36,582 nt of DNA, taken from assembly GCA_005877505.1 (NCBI GenBank), contig VBOO01000018.1, positions 1 through 36,582 on the forward strand. Reading direction: 5' to 3'. Numbering within the stretch: the first letter of the stretch is position 1; every line of letters starts with the position of its first letter. The DNA is from Nitrospirota bacterium (GTDB taxonomy: Bacteria; Nitrospirota; Nitrospiria; Nitrospirales; NS-4). The position numbers were made by a program, and so were the translations under genes. The notes beneath the pieces were generated by a model, which was not told the origin of the DNA, searched no databases, and saw only the letters and a program-made list of their open reading frames with translations. This document shows positions 25,726 to 34,956 of the stretch, piece by piece.

Positions 25726-27714
25726 TTGGCGCGGTTCCCTTTCCAATCCGTGCGACGTGCCGGGCGCCTCTGCGCTATTGCCATGCTCGTGGCCGGCCTG
25801 TTCCTGACAGGCCGCACGCCGCTCGATGCACAGCCAAAGCCCGCCCCGTCCAAGGCCGAGGAGGAGGTCAAGGTCCAGATCGACACGGCCAGGGCCTTGG
25901 TCGAGGAAGGCAAGACTGACGCGGCGGTCGAGGCCCTTCAGAAAATCATCGCGGCCTCGCCACAGAGCGAGCACATCCCCGAGGCCTATCTCCTGCTCGG
26001 CAAGGTCCTGATCGACCAGAAGAATTACGAGGAGGGCGGCGCGTTCTACCGGCGTCTCCTAGAGGAATACCCGAGTTCCGAATTGAGGCCACAGGCCCGA
26101 CTCGGATTGATCGGGACCCTGCTCCTGACTGGGCAACTGAATGCCGCGCTGCCCCTCCTGCTTGAAGCCAAGGGTCAGACAACGGACCCGGCCGTAAAGC
26201 GGATCGTGCTTCGGCAACTGGAAGAGGTCTACCTCGCCAACCAGGACTATGTCCGGATGGTGGAGACCGCCCTCGAGACCCGCGCGCTCGCTTCCGAACA
26301 GGAACGGCGCCAGATTGAGCAGCGCGTCGCCGAGACCCTCAAAACGAGAGTCGGCGAGAAGGACCTCCGTCACTTCGTGGACAAGAATCCCCGCACGTTC
26401 CCGTCTGATATTGCGCTGCTGCGGCTGATCGAGCTCTACGGGTCGGCCGGCGAAGATTACAAGCTAGCCAGGGCCGCCCGCGATTTCCTGACCCAGTTCC
26501 CTCTGCACGAGCAGGCCGCCTCCGTCGAGGCCATCCTGTCCGCGCAACGGAAGAAGCTCAAGAGCATGGCGTACCGCATCGGCGCCCTGTTGCCCCTCTC
26601 GGGCGAATTGAGCCCGTACGGCACCGACGTGCTGAACGGCATCCAGACCGCCTTCGACCAGACGACCGCGGCCATCCCGCAACTGGCGGTGGGCCTCGTC
26701 GTCAAGGACACCGAGGGCGATGCGAAGGTCCTCGACTCCGAGCTCCAGGACCTGCTGAGAGAGTACCAGCCGATCGCCGTGATCGGCCCGTTGCTGAGCC
26801 GCGAGGTGAAGGCCGTGGCGGTCGCCGCGGATGCCAATGAAGTGGTCTTCATCACGCCGACAGCCACTCTCGCCGACGTGCAGCGCATCAGCCAGTACCT
26901 GTTCAACACCGCCGTCAACAGCCGCGCCCTCGTGCGGGACCTCGCCGCCTATGTGACCGGCCCGCTGGGCTGGAAACGCTTCTGCATCCTCGCCCCGCGG
27001 GACCAGTACGGCGCGGAGATGACCCAAGCCTTCGGAGAAGAAATCCGCCGCCTCGGCGGGGAGATCATCGCCGTCGACACGTACGGACCCGATGATAACG
27101 ATTTCGGCCCCCCTCTCAAGCGCATCAAGGAGGCCGACCTCAAGCGCTACGGCAAGATGGAGTCTCCCCCGACCCCGCCACAGAAGTCTCCACCAACCCC
27201 GCCTCAGAAGAAAGGCCCCAAGGAGACCAAGATCTATGTCCCCGGGTTCGACGCGATCTTCCTCCCCGGCGAGGCCCAGAAAGTGAGCCTGATCGCCGGC
27301 CAGATTCGGTTCTATGCGGCCAAGGTGGGCCTCCTGGGGACCAATGGGATGAACACGCCGGACTTGCTCCGCTTCGACGCCCGCGCGGTCGAGGAGGCCA
27401 TCTTCGCGGACAGTTTTTTCGTGGACAGCCCGGACCCCACCGTGCGAAACTTCGTCGAGCAGTACCAGAAGCGCTTTCAGCAACCCCCCACGGCCTTTGC
27501 CGCGCAGGCCTATGAAGCCACCATGCTTGTTCTGGATGGTATACTGAAGGGAGCGACGACGGGCCGCGCCCTCAGGGAGAGCATCATGAACGTCAAGAAC
27601 GCGCCCGGTCTCACTGGGCCGTTGACCATGAACCCGGCGGGATACTTGGAACGGCACTACGCGCTGATTCAGGTCAAGAACGGCGGCCTCGTGCCGCTGA
27701 TGGACATGCGATGA
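25726..27714 (+). CDS. TPR plus periplasmic-binding domain protein (LppC/LpoA-like PBP activator family)
   Basis: N-terminal TPRs (YPSSEL...ARL), IGALLPLSG, VIGPLLS, FDAIFLP, AAQAYEA, GLTG. Start codon uncertain. Confidence 0.85.
   Translation: MARFPFQSVRRAGRLCAIAMLVAGLFLTGRTPLDAQPKPAPSKAEEEVKVQIDTARALVEEGKTDAAVEALQKIIAASPQSEHIPEAYLLLGKVLIDQKNYEEGGAFYRRLLEEYPSSELRPQARLGLIGTLLLTGQLNAALPLLLEAKGQTTDPAVKRIVLRQLEEVYLANQDYVRMVETALETRALASEQERRQIEQRVAETLKTRVGEKDLRHFVDKNPRTFPSDIALLRLIELYGSAGEDYKLARAARDFLTQFPLHEQAASVEAILSAQRKKLKSMAYRIGALLPLSGELSPYGTDVLNGIQTAFDQTTAAIPQLAVGLVVKDTEGDAKVLDSELQDLLREYQPIAVIGPLLSREVKAVAVAADANEVVFITPTATLADVQRISQYLFNTAVNSRALVRDLAAYVTGPLGWKRFCILAPRDQYGAEMTQAFGEEIRRLGGEIIAVDTYGPDDNDFGPPLKRIKEADLKRYGKMESPPTPPQKSPPTPPQKKGPKETKIYVPGFDAIFLPGEAQKVSLIAGQIRFYAAKVGLLGTNGMNTPDLLRFDARAVEEAIFADSFFVDSPDPTVRNFVEQYQKRFQQPPTAFAAQAYEATMLVLDGILKGATTGRALRESIMNVKNAPGLTGPLTMNPAGYLERHYALIQVKNGGLVPLMDMR
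27164..27210 (+). repeat. 24-nt in-frame tandem duplication (SPPTPPQK x2)
   Basis: tctcccccgaccccgccacagaag followed by tctccaccaaccccgcctcagaag. Confidence 0.8.
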
Positions 27715-28430
27715 ACCACATCGGTCTGATCATCCATACGATCTCATACATGGCGCTCCCGCTGCTCCTGGCCATGGTCTTCCACGAGTACGCGCACGGA
27801 TGGGTCGCCGACCGCTACGGCGATTCCACGGCTCGCCTGGAAGGGCGGCTGACACTCAACCCCGTCGCGCACATCGATCCGTTCGGGACGATCCTGCTGC
27901 CGTTGCTGTGTCTGATCTTTCCCTCCGGCATCCTGCTCGGCTACGCCAAGCCGGTGCCGGTCAACGCCTGGAACCTGCGCCATCCGCGCCGCGACATGGC
28001 GCTGGTGGCCGCCGCGGGGCCCGGCATGAATCTGCTCCTGGCCATCGCGAGCGCCGTCGCGCTCAGCGCCATCCTGGCCATTGACCCGTCCGTCGCCGAT
28101 TCCCTCTCCGCCAGCGGGCCCGGCGTCCGGAGAGACCTGCTCGGCATGTTCCTGGTGCCCCTGGCTTGGATGTGCTGGTATTCGGTCATCATCAATGTGG
28201 TACTGATGGTTTTCAACTTGATCCCCATCCCGCCGCTGGACGGCGGGCGGATCATGGTCAGCCTCCTCCCCCCGCGCCAGGCCGAAACGCTCAGCCGCCT
28301 GGAGCCCTACGGGATGCTCATCATTTTCTTCCTCGTCGTCGCCGATCCGCACATCCATCTGTTCGGGATGGTGATGGGCCCCCTGGTCCACGCGCTGACG
28401 AACACGATCTTCTCGACATTTACGTCGTGA
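27711..28430 (+). CDS. Site-2 protease (M50)
   Basis: HEYAH, GRLTLNP..HIDP.GT, AAAGP..N, FNLIPIPPLDGG. Confidence 0.93.
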   Translation: MNHIGLIIHTISYMALPLLLAMVFHEYAHGWVADRYGDSTARLEGRLTLNPVAHIDPFGTILLPLLCLIFPSGILLGYAKPVPVNAWNLRHPRRDMALVAAAGPGMNLLLAIASAVALSAILAIDPSVADSLSASGPGVRRDLLGMFLVPLAWMCWYSVIINVVLMVFNLIPIPPLDGGRIMVSLLPPRQAETLSRLEPYGMLIIFFLVVADPHIHLFGMVMGPLVHALTNTIFSTFTS

Positions 28431-28448
28431 ATCGGATAGACACGCGCC

Positions 28449-29432
28449 ATGGCTAAACGCGTCGTGAGCGGAATGCAGCCGAGCGGTTTGTTGCACCTGG
28501 GGAACCTGTTCGGCGCGCTCGACAACTTCATGCGCCTGCAGGCCGAACATGAGTGCTTCTACTTCGTCGCCGACTGGCATGCGCTCTCGACGAACTACGA
28601 GGACACCGCCCGCATCCGGGAATACACCCGCGAGGTCCTCATCGACTGGCTGGCCACGGGCCTCGACCCCGGGCGCTCGACGCTCTTCATTCAGTCCCGC
28701 GTCCCGGAGCATGCCATCTTACATCTGCTCCTCTCCATGATCACGCCGGTGCCGTGGCTGGAGCGGAACCCCACGTACAAGGAGAAACAGGAGAACCTTG
28801 AAGGACGCGACCTGTCCACCTACGGCTTTCTCGGCTACCCTGTCCTGCAGACCGCGGATATCCTGTTATATAAGGGAGACTACGTGCCGGTGGGTGTGGA
28901 CCAGCTTCCCCATCTCGAGCTGACGCGGGAGATCACCCGGCGCTTCAACGCCCTCTACAAAACGGTATTTCCCGAGCCCCAGGCCCTCCTGACAGAGATC
29001 CCGAAGGTCCCCGGCACGGACGGCCGGAAGATGAGCAAGAGTTACAACAATACGATCAACCTCTCGGACACCGAGGCGACGGTCCGCGCCAAGCTCAAGA
29101 CCATGGTGACCGATCCCGCCCGCGTCCGGCGGACGGACAAGGGCAACCCGGACGTCTGCCCGGTCTTCACGGTCCACAAGTCGGCGTCTCAACAAGCCGT
29201 CATCGACCGGGTGAACAAGGAGTGCCGGACGGCCGAGATCGGGTGCATTGATTGCAAAGGGCTGCTCGCAGATGCGCTGGTGGCCCGCCTCACGCCGATC
29301 TGGGAGAAACGGCGGGAGCTCGTGCAGATGCCGAAGCTCGTTGACGAGGTGATTGCCGCGGGGACCACGAAGGCGAGCGCCGTCGCCCGCCAGACCATCG
29401 CGGAAGTGAATGCAGCGATGAGGATGGGGTAA
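28449..29432 (+). CDS. trpS: Tryptophan--tRNA ligase
   Basis: SGMQPSG.LHLGN, YPVLQTADIL, VPVG.DQ.PHLE, KMSKS. Confidence 0.98.
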   Translation: MAKRVVSGMQPSGLLHLGNLFGALDNFMRLQAEHECFYFVADWHALSTNYEDTARIREYTREVLIDWLATGLDPGRSTLFIQSRVPEHAILHLLLSMITPVPWLERNPTYKEKQENLEGRDLSTYGFLGYPVLQTADILLYKGDYVPVGVDQLPHLELTREITRRFNALYKTVFPEPQALLTEIPKVPGTDGRKMSKSYNNTINLSDTEATVRAKLKTMVTDPARVRRTDKGNPDVCPVFTVHKSASQQAVIDRVNKECRTAEIGCIDCKGLLADALVARLTPIWEKRRELVQMPKLVDEVIAAGTTKASAVARQTIAEVNAAMRMG

Positions 29433-29444
29433 CAGTGACAGGCC

Positions 29445-29789
29445 ATGAAGCGGATCGCGCTTGCGGGCATGTTGATGATGAGCCTCGGGCTCCTCGGACC
29501 CGCCGAGCCTGCGCTGGCAGTCACGGACTCCCAGGTCTCTCCGGGTATCGATCGGCACGATCCTCCCGTCAGGCGGCTCCCCGGCGAGATCACCTTCGAG
29601 ACCTACCGGATGCTCTCCACGGGCACCACCGAGGCAGAGATCCTCACCCGCGCGGGCCAACCGCGCTACACCTTCCGGATCGCCCGTGGCACCTGGGTGT
29701 GGGTCTATCTGAACGACGAGTGGCTCGTGGAGGTGACCTTCTCCGGCGGCCGCGTCGCCAACATCAGCCGCTACCGCCCCAAGCCCTAG
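29445..29789 (+). CDS. Exported small protein, possibly SmpA/DUF2845-like fold
   Basis: Signal peptide ending ALA; GTTEAEILTRAGQP...WVY...VTFSGGRVANI. Confidence 0.75.
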   Translation: MKRIALAGMLMMSLGLLGPAEPALAVTDSQVSPGIDRHDPPVRRLPGEITFETYRMLSTGTTEAEILTRAGQPRYTFRIARGTWVWVYLNDEWLVEVTFSGGRVANISRYRPKP

Positions 29790-29813
29790 TGCCCCTCGGC
29801 TTCTCTCCTGTGC

Positions 29814-29842
29814 TTGTCGAAGAGCCGTCCCTGGGCTACAAT
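29814..29842 (+). promoter_or_regulatory. Putative promoter of the PEBP gene
   Basis: TTGTCG-17-TACAAT, followed by GAGGAGG SD. Confidence 0.5.
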
Positions 29843-29879
29843 CCGATCGTCCCGAAACCCACTCTGAGGAGGTCACGCC

Positions 29880-30335
29880 ATGGAACTCAAAACCTCAGCG
29901 TTTGAGGCCGAAGGGATGATCCCCAAGAAGTACACGTGTGATGGACCGGACGTGTCCCCGCCCTTGAGCTGGTCCGACGTTCCGGCAAGGGCCAAGAGCC
30001 TGGCGCTCATCGCCGACGACCCGGATGCGCCGATGGGCACCTGGGTGCATTGGGTGGCGTGGAACATCCCACCGCACGCGCGAGGCCTCGAGGAAGGGGT
30101 GCCGAAGAAGGACTCGCTTCCGAACGGGATGAAGCAAGGGACGACGGATTTTCGCAGCATTGGCTACGGCGGCCCCTGCCCGCCATCCGGGACTCACCGC
30201 TACTTCTTCAAGTTGTACGCGCTCGACACCGGCCTGAACCTGCCGTCGAGCACGACCAAGAAGGATCTGGAGAGAGCGATGCAGGGACACATCGTGCAAC
30301 AGGCCGAGCTCATGGGCCGGTACGCCCGGAAGTAG
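29880..30335 (+). CDS. YbhB/YbcL family (PEBP) protein
   Basis: YTCDG..VSPPL.W, DDPDAP, HWVAWNIP, GYGGPCPP, HRYFFKLYALD. Confidence 0.95.
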   Translation: MELKTSAFEAEGMIPKKYTCDGPDVSPPLSWSDVPARAKSLALIADDPDAPMGTWVHWVAWNIPPHARGLEEGVPKKDSLPNGMKQGTTDFRSIGYGGPCPPSGTHRYFFKLYALDTGLNLPSSTTKKDLERAMQGHIVQQAELMGRYARK

Positions 30336-30387
30336 GGGAGAGGCCAGGTCAAAAATCATCTGTCAAGAAAGCCGGAGGGGAATAACG

Positions 30388-30669
30388 ATGGCGCGCCTCA
30401 AGCTGCAAGGAAAGGAATACCATCTGGAGAAAGAGGACATTGTCAATGCGGTCAAGAGGTTTGAACCTCAGCCAACACACGATTTCACGATCAGTATCGA
30501 TGGGACCTATTACCCCATTAAACAGGCGATCAGCGCCGCCACGGGGCTCCCGATCGAAACGTTCTCAGGCTCCGAAGCCCATGAATTCCTGCGAAAGCTC
30601 GGCTTTGTCATCGAGAATTACGAGCAGCGCATGCGAAAGCGTAAGAAAAGAAAAAGTCTCCACTTTTGA
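30388..30669 (+). CDS. Small protein resembling ScoMcrA N-terminal/SCO5918-like domain, basic tail
   Basis: IDGTYYPIKQAISAATG...FSG.EA..FLRKLGFVI; GGAGG SD. Confidence 0.75.
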   Translation: MARLKLQGKEYHLEKEDIVNAVKRFEPQPTHDFTISIDGTYYPIKQAISAATGLPIETFSGSEAHEFLRKLGFVIENYEQRMRKRKKRKSLHF

Positions 30670-30716
30670 TCCAGACCTTTCCCCTTGGCTCCCGCCTGAC
30701 AAAGTTTGAGGTGGTC

Positions 30717-32034
30717 ATGTCAGACATACCTCCTTTGAATGTCCTCATCGCCAACGAGCAGGCTCAAGATGCCAAGGACGTGACTTCGAGTCTGCGTGCA
30801 TTTTTTCCTGACAGCCGGATTGAGGTGGTGTACTCCGCAGACGAAGTGCTGCGCTGGGCAGCCAAGTGTGAGTGGCATACTATCCTTGCTGATGTGGGCT
30901 TATTCCGTCACAGTGGGCTTGGGACGCTGACCGAGCTCAAACGAAAAGCACCAACGGCAATTCTTATTATTCAAGCCGATTGCAACGACATGACACTTGG
31001 CATGCAAGTTCTGCGCTTTGGCGCAGATTTTTGCGTAGCGAAGAACTCTCCTGCATTTTTGACTGAATTGCCCTTTGTCCTGCGAACACTGTTGAGGAAT
31101 CAAGAGCTAAGCGCGCAGGTGAATGCAGCGACAGATCGAGTCCGGCGCCTGGAGGAGAAAGTGTCACGCACGCAGGCGGAACGGCAGTCCCTCGTTGAGC
31201 AACTCGACCAAGTACGCCAACAGCGCACACAGTTGCAGGGACGCCTTCACAGCCAAGAAGTTGAGTTATCGCAGACAAAAGAGAAGAAGCAACTGCTCCT
31301 GGACCAATGGGAGAAGATCCGCCAAGCGCACACTCAGGTGGAAGAAGATCTCCAGCGGGTGACAGGGCAGTTGTCTCAGGAACGTGGAGAACACCGGGCA
31401 TACAGGGAGCAGCTTGAGAGGCTCCGACAAGAGCGCGACCAGTTGCAAGAACGACTGCTCCATATAGAGGGGGAGAAACAGTCGCTCCTGACACAGTTGG
31501 GACAAACGCGGCAAACGTATGCGCGGTTGGAGGAAGGACTCCAGCGCCACGACGCAGAGCTGTCTCTTGAACGGACCGAAAAGCAGGCGTACAGGGAGCA
31601 GCTCGAGAAGCTCCGCCAAGAACGGGACCAGCTGCAGGAGCGACTGTCGCAGACCGAGATGGGAAAGCAGTCACTCCTCACCCGGACATACCCCGGCACA
31701 GGAACAAATCCAGCGCCTTGAAGAGCAATTGTCTCAGGAGCGTGGGCAACAACAGACCTCCTCAGAGCAGCTCGAAGCGCTGCGACAAGAGCGCGCACAG
31801 ATGCTGGGCGATCTGGCCAATATCCAGGAAGAAAGGCAGTACTTGCTGCACCAGGTGGAGAATGAAGTTCAAGAGCATGCCCAGGCGCTGGAACAGCTGG
31901 CCCAGCTCCAAGGAGAAAAACAGTCTTTACTGGAGCAATTGGAGGAAATGAGTCGAACACGCCAACAGATGGAAGAACGAATCAAGCGCCTCGAAGAGCG
32001 GCTGCTTCAGGAACATCGGCAAAAATTGCCCTAA
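30717..32034 (+). pseudogene. Atypical receiver plus long coiled-coil protein, frameshifted near 31690
   Basis: REC-like N-terminus; 189-nt repeat period drops to 169 nt across the lesion; downstream frame ends QMEERIKRLEERLLQE like the paralog. Confidence 0.8.
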
Positions 32035-32051
32035 CTGAAATCTTTGAGTCT

Positions 32052-33011
32052 GTGATGCCGCAACAACACGAGGACAGGCTTGCGAGAAGACTCATCCTGG
32101 ATGAGCTCTTCGACCTGTCGCTGTACAAGGCCCTCCGCGACCTGACGGAAGGCGACGTTCAGGGGATCCTCAACGAGCTCATCCAGGTCGAGACCACCCA
32201 CTTCGCCTTCTGGCAGGACTTCTTCACCCTCCAGCTCACCACCCTCGATCTTCCGCGTCGCCTCAAGCTCCGGGGCATCATTCTGGCGTGCCGCCTCTTC
32301 GGCACACCCGCCATCCATCTAGTCCTGCAAGCCATTGAGGTCTACGGCGTGCGGAAATACCTGACGCTCTGGAAGTCCTACAAGGACGGGCCGCTGGGCG
32401 CGGCGGTCAAGGACGTCCTGGTGGATGAATTCAAACACGAGGACACGGTCGTTACCACACTAACGGAACGAAAAATCAATCCGGAGAGAATCCGCAACAT
32501 CTTCTTGGGCATGAACGACGGTCTGGTCGAGATCTTAGGGGCGGTCAGCGGCTTCTTCGGGGCCTTCGGCGATGCGGTCACCGTCCTCATCGCCGCCTCC
32601 ACCACAGCCGTGGCTGGATCGCTCTCAATGGGCGCCGGCATCTATGTGGCGACCAGCTCCGAGAAGGAAATCAAAGAAACGGAGGCGGCCAAACAGCAAT
32701 TCCTCGGGGCGGATATGGTCGCGGCCGAGAGGGAAGAGCAGCCGCTCGGCTCCGCGCTCATCGTGGGCGGCAGTTATATAGCCGGGGCCATGGTTCCGGT
32801 GCTGCCGGTCCTGTTCGGCGCAAAGGATGTGTTGCCCTCGCTCCTGACGGCCGGCAGCATGATCATCCTGGTATCCATGGTGCTGGCGTTCCTCTCCGGC
32901 ATGGAGGTCAAAAGACGCATCCTTACGAACCTGGTCATCATCGCCTGCGCGGTGGCCATCACCTATGCAATTGGCCTTGTGGCCAAGACCCTCTGGGGCG
33001 TCTCGGTCTGA
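32052..33011 (+). CDS. Ferritin-like domain fused to VIT1/CCC1 transporter
   Basis: DE....SLY, VETTH, DEFKHE di-metal motifs; FLGMNDGLVE, AGSLSMGAG.YVA. Confidence 0.9.
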   Translation: MMPQQHEDRLARRLILDELFDLSLYKALRDLTEGDVQGILNELIQVETTHFAFWQDFFTLQLTTLDLPRRLKLRGIILACRLFGTPAIHLVLQAIEVYGVRKYLTLWKSYKDGPLGAAVKDVLVDEFKHEDTVVTTLTERKINPERIRNIFLGMNDGLVEILGAVSGFFGAFGDAVTVLIAASTTAVAGSLSMGAGIYVATSSEKEIKETEAAKQQFLGADMVAAEREEQPLGSALIVGGSYIAGAMVPVLPVLFGAKDVLPSLLTAGSMIILVSMVLAFLSGMEVKRRILTNLVIIACAVAITYAIGLVAKTLWGVSV

Positions 33012-33022
33012 CGCGACCCCAA

Positions 33023-33069
33023 GTTTCTTTCTTTTCAAATACATCTTCGCCACATCCAGCCGGGCATGA
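33023..33069 (-). repeat. 47-nt duplicate of an internal part of the TPR gene (34347-34393)
   Basis: 45/47 identity by eye; encodes HARLD(V/L)AKMYLKRKK. Confidence 0.85.
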
Positions 33070-33346
33070 TGGGCGAGTACGCCAGGAAGTAGGTAAAAAG
33101 CCAAAATAAAATAGTCGACATTTGTCTGGTTTTGTCGTACCATGTCATGGGGTTTCCAGAAATACTGGTCTCGCTCCAAGATACTGAGGCCAAGCCCCAA
33201 TCCCCTCTCAAGAAAGCGGGAGTGAACGAAAAATGGCGCATGTCAAGCTGCGTGGCAAGGAATACCACGCAGAGAGAGAGCATATTGTGAAGACGCCCAC
33301 AGTTGTAATCCACCTGGCTACCACCTAACACATTGGGAGGTTGATC

Positions 33347-34213
33347 ATGTCAGACATAAGTCCCATCAATATCCTCATCGCCAACGAGCAGGCGCAAGAA
33401 GCCAAGGAAACTGCTTTGAGTCTGCGTGCATTCTTTCCCGAGAGCCGGATTGAGGTGGTGTACTCAGCCGACGAAGTGCTCCACTGGGCAGCCAAATCTG
33501 AGTGGCATACGATCCTTGCTGATGCTGACTTATTTCGTCAGAGTGGGCTGGCGATGCTGACCGAGGTCAAACGGCAAGCGCCTAAGGCAACCATCATAAT
33601 TCAAGCCGATTGCAACAATATGACTCTGGGAACGCAGGTCCTCCAATATGGTGTCGATTTTTATATCGCGAAGAACACTCATGCCTTTTTAAGTGAATTG
33701 CCCTTCGTGCTACGAGCATTTTTGAAGAATCAAGATCTGAATTCGCGGTGGAATGCCGCGAACGAGCGAGTCCTGCGCCTAGAGGAGCAAGTGTCACGAA
33801 TGCAGACGGACCAGCAATCCTTAGTTGAGCACCTCGATCAAGCACGTCTGGAGCGTACCCAGCTGCAGGAACAACTTCAAGCCTACGAAGTTGAGTTATC
33901 GCAGACCAAGGAGAAGAAACAATTGCTTCTGGACCAATGGGAAAAAATCCGCCAAGCGCACGCGACGATGGAGGAAGAATTCCAGCAGGTGACAGGGCAG
34001 TTGACTCACGAACGAGGAGAAAACCAGGCTTACCGCGAGCAGCTTGAGATGCTGCGGCAAGAGCGCGACCAGCTCCAGGAGCAGGTGTCGCTGCTCCAGA
34101 TGGAGAAGCAGACGGTCCCCGCCCAATTGCAGCAAATGCGTCTTGGTCATACACAGATGGAAGAACGGATCAAGCGCCTCGAAGAACGGCTGCTGCAGGA
34201 ACAGCGAGGCTAA
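33347..34213 (+). CDS. Atypical receiver plus coiled-coil protein (paralog of 30717 gene)
   Basis: GGAGG SD; NILIANE, ILADAD, YIAKN; Q/E/L-rich heptads. Confidence 0.88.
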   Translation: MSDISPINILIANEQAQEAKETALSLRAFFPESRIEVVYSADEVLHWAAKSEWHTILADADLFRQSGLAMLTEVKRQAPKATIIIQADCNNMTLGTQVLQYGVDFYIAKNTHAFLSELPFVLRAFLKNQDLNSRWNAANERVLRLEEQVSRMQTDQQSLVEHLDQARLERTQLQEQLQAYEVELSQTKEKKQLLLDQWEKIRQAHATMEEEFQQVTGQLTHERGENQAYREQLEMLRQERDQLQEQVSLLQMEKQTVPAQLQQMRLGHTQMEERIKRLEERLLQEQRG

Positions 34214-34218
34214 TTGCT

Positions 34219-34929
34219 CTAATTGGCGTGGTTCAGTGACTCAAGGAGCCGCTCCGCCTCGGGACGGTATTCCTTGGCCCACGCGTAGGGGTCCCTGGGA
34301 CGATCCATGTTCACGATGGCGAGCAGCTCGCGCTTCGCGAAGTCGGGTTTCTTTCTTTTCAAATACATCTTCGCCAGATCCAGCCTGGCATGAGTGTAGC
34401 TGGGATCCAATTTCACCGCTCGTTCCAGGTACTCGAGGGCGGCTTCGGGATTGCCTCCCATAAACCGGGGCAGTTCCTCCAGCATCATCCCTGCCATATG
34501 GATCGCGGGAACGTGATCCTTTTGCAGCTCGAGAGCCCGGGTCACGTGCCGCCTCATCTCCTCCAAGCTCAGCAAGGACGCCGTCACCCCATTCAGTTCT
34601 GCCGCCTTCCCGAGGGCGGCGGCGTACAGGAAGTGGGCTTCCGCGTCAGCCTCCTTCAGCTCTAGGGCGCGCTGCGCCAGGCGGGCTGCTTCTTCGTAGG
34701 CCCTAATCCGTTTCTCGTCGCCGGTCAGAAGATCATTGCCCATGTCGAAGTACGTGCCGGCAAGCTTCAGCAAGAAACTTGGGTCCGAGGACTTCTGCGA
34801 TTGAACCTCAAGCAAGGCGGCGAGTTCCCGTTCAAGGGACTGAGGGTAATCCGGAGGCACCGTGGGAGAACCCGCGAAGACTGAGAGAGCCATCAGAACG
34901 ACGAGCGCGCAGACCGCGCACACTCGCAT
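34219..34929 (-). CDS. Exported TPR-containing protein
   Basis: Signal peptide ending VFA; TPR helices AEAHFLYAAALG, ALEYLERAVKLDPSY. Confidence 0.85.
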   Translation of the reverse strand: MRVCAVCALVVLMALSVFAGSPTVPPDYPQSLERELAALLEVQSQKSSDPSFLLKLAGTYFDMGNDLLTGDEKRIRAYEEAARLAQRALELKEADAEAHFLYAAALGKAAELNGVTASLLSLEEMRRHVTRALELQKDHVPAIHMAGMMLEELPRFMGGNPEAALEYLERAVKLDPSYTHARLDLAKMYLKRKKPDFAKRELLAIVNMDRPRDPYAWAKEYRPEAERLLESLNHAN

Positions 34930-34956
34930 CGGCACGTCTTTCGCCTCCCTCACCGC

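Noticed and set aside
26464-29876. Antisense ORFs 26464-27657, 27744-28712 and 28866-29876
   Set aside because: Shadows of the LppC-like, S2P and trpS genes.
31680-31720. Programmed ribosomal frameshift
   Set aside because: No slippery heptamer; repeat spacing shows a 20-nt deletion.
33233-33250. Sigma54 promoter before the second REC-coil gene
   Set aside because: Only GG-N10-GC matches; the TTGC element is missing.
32625-33331. ORFs 32625-33200 and 33035-33331
   Set aside because: Mostly antisense to VIT1 or non-coding; only the 47-nt TPR fragment has support.
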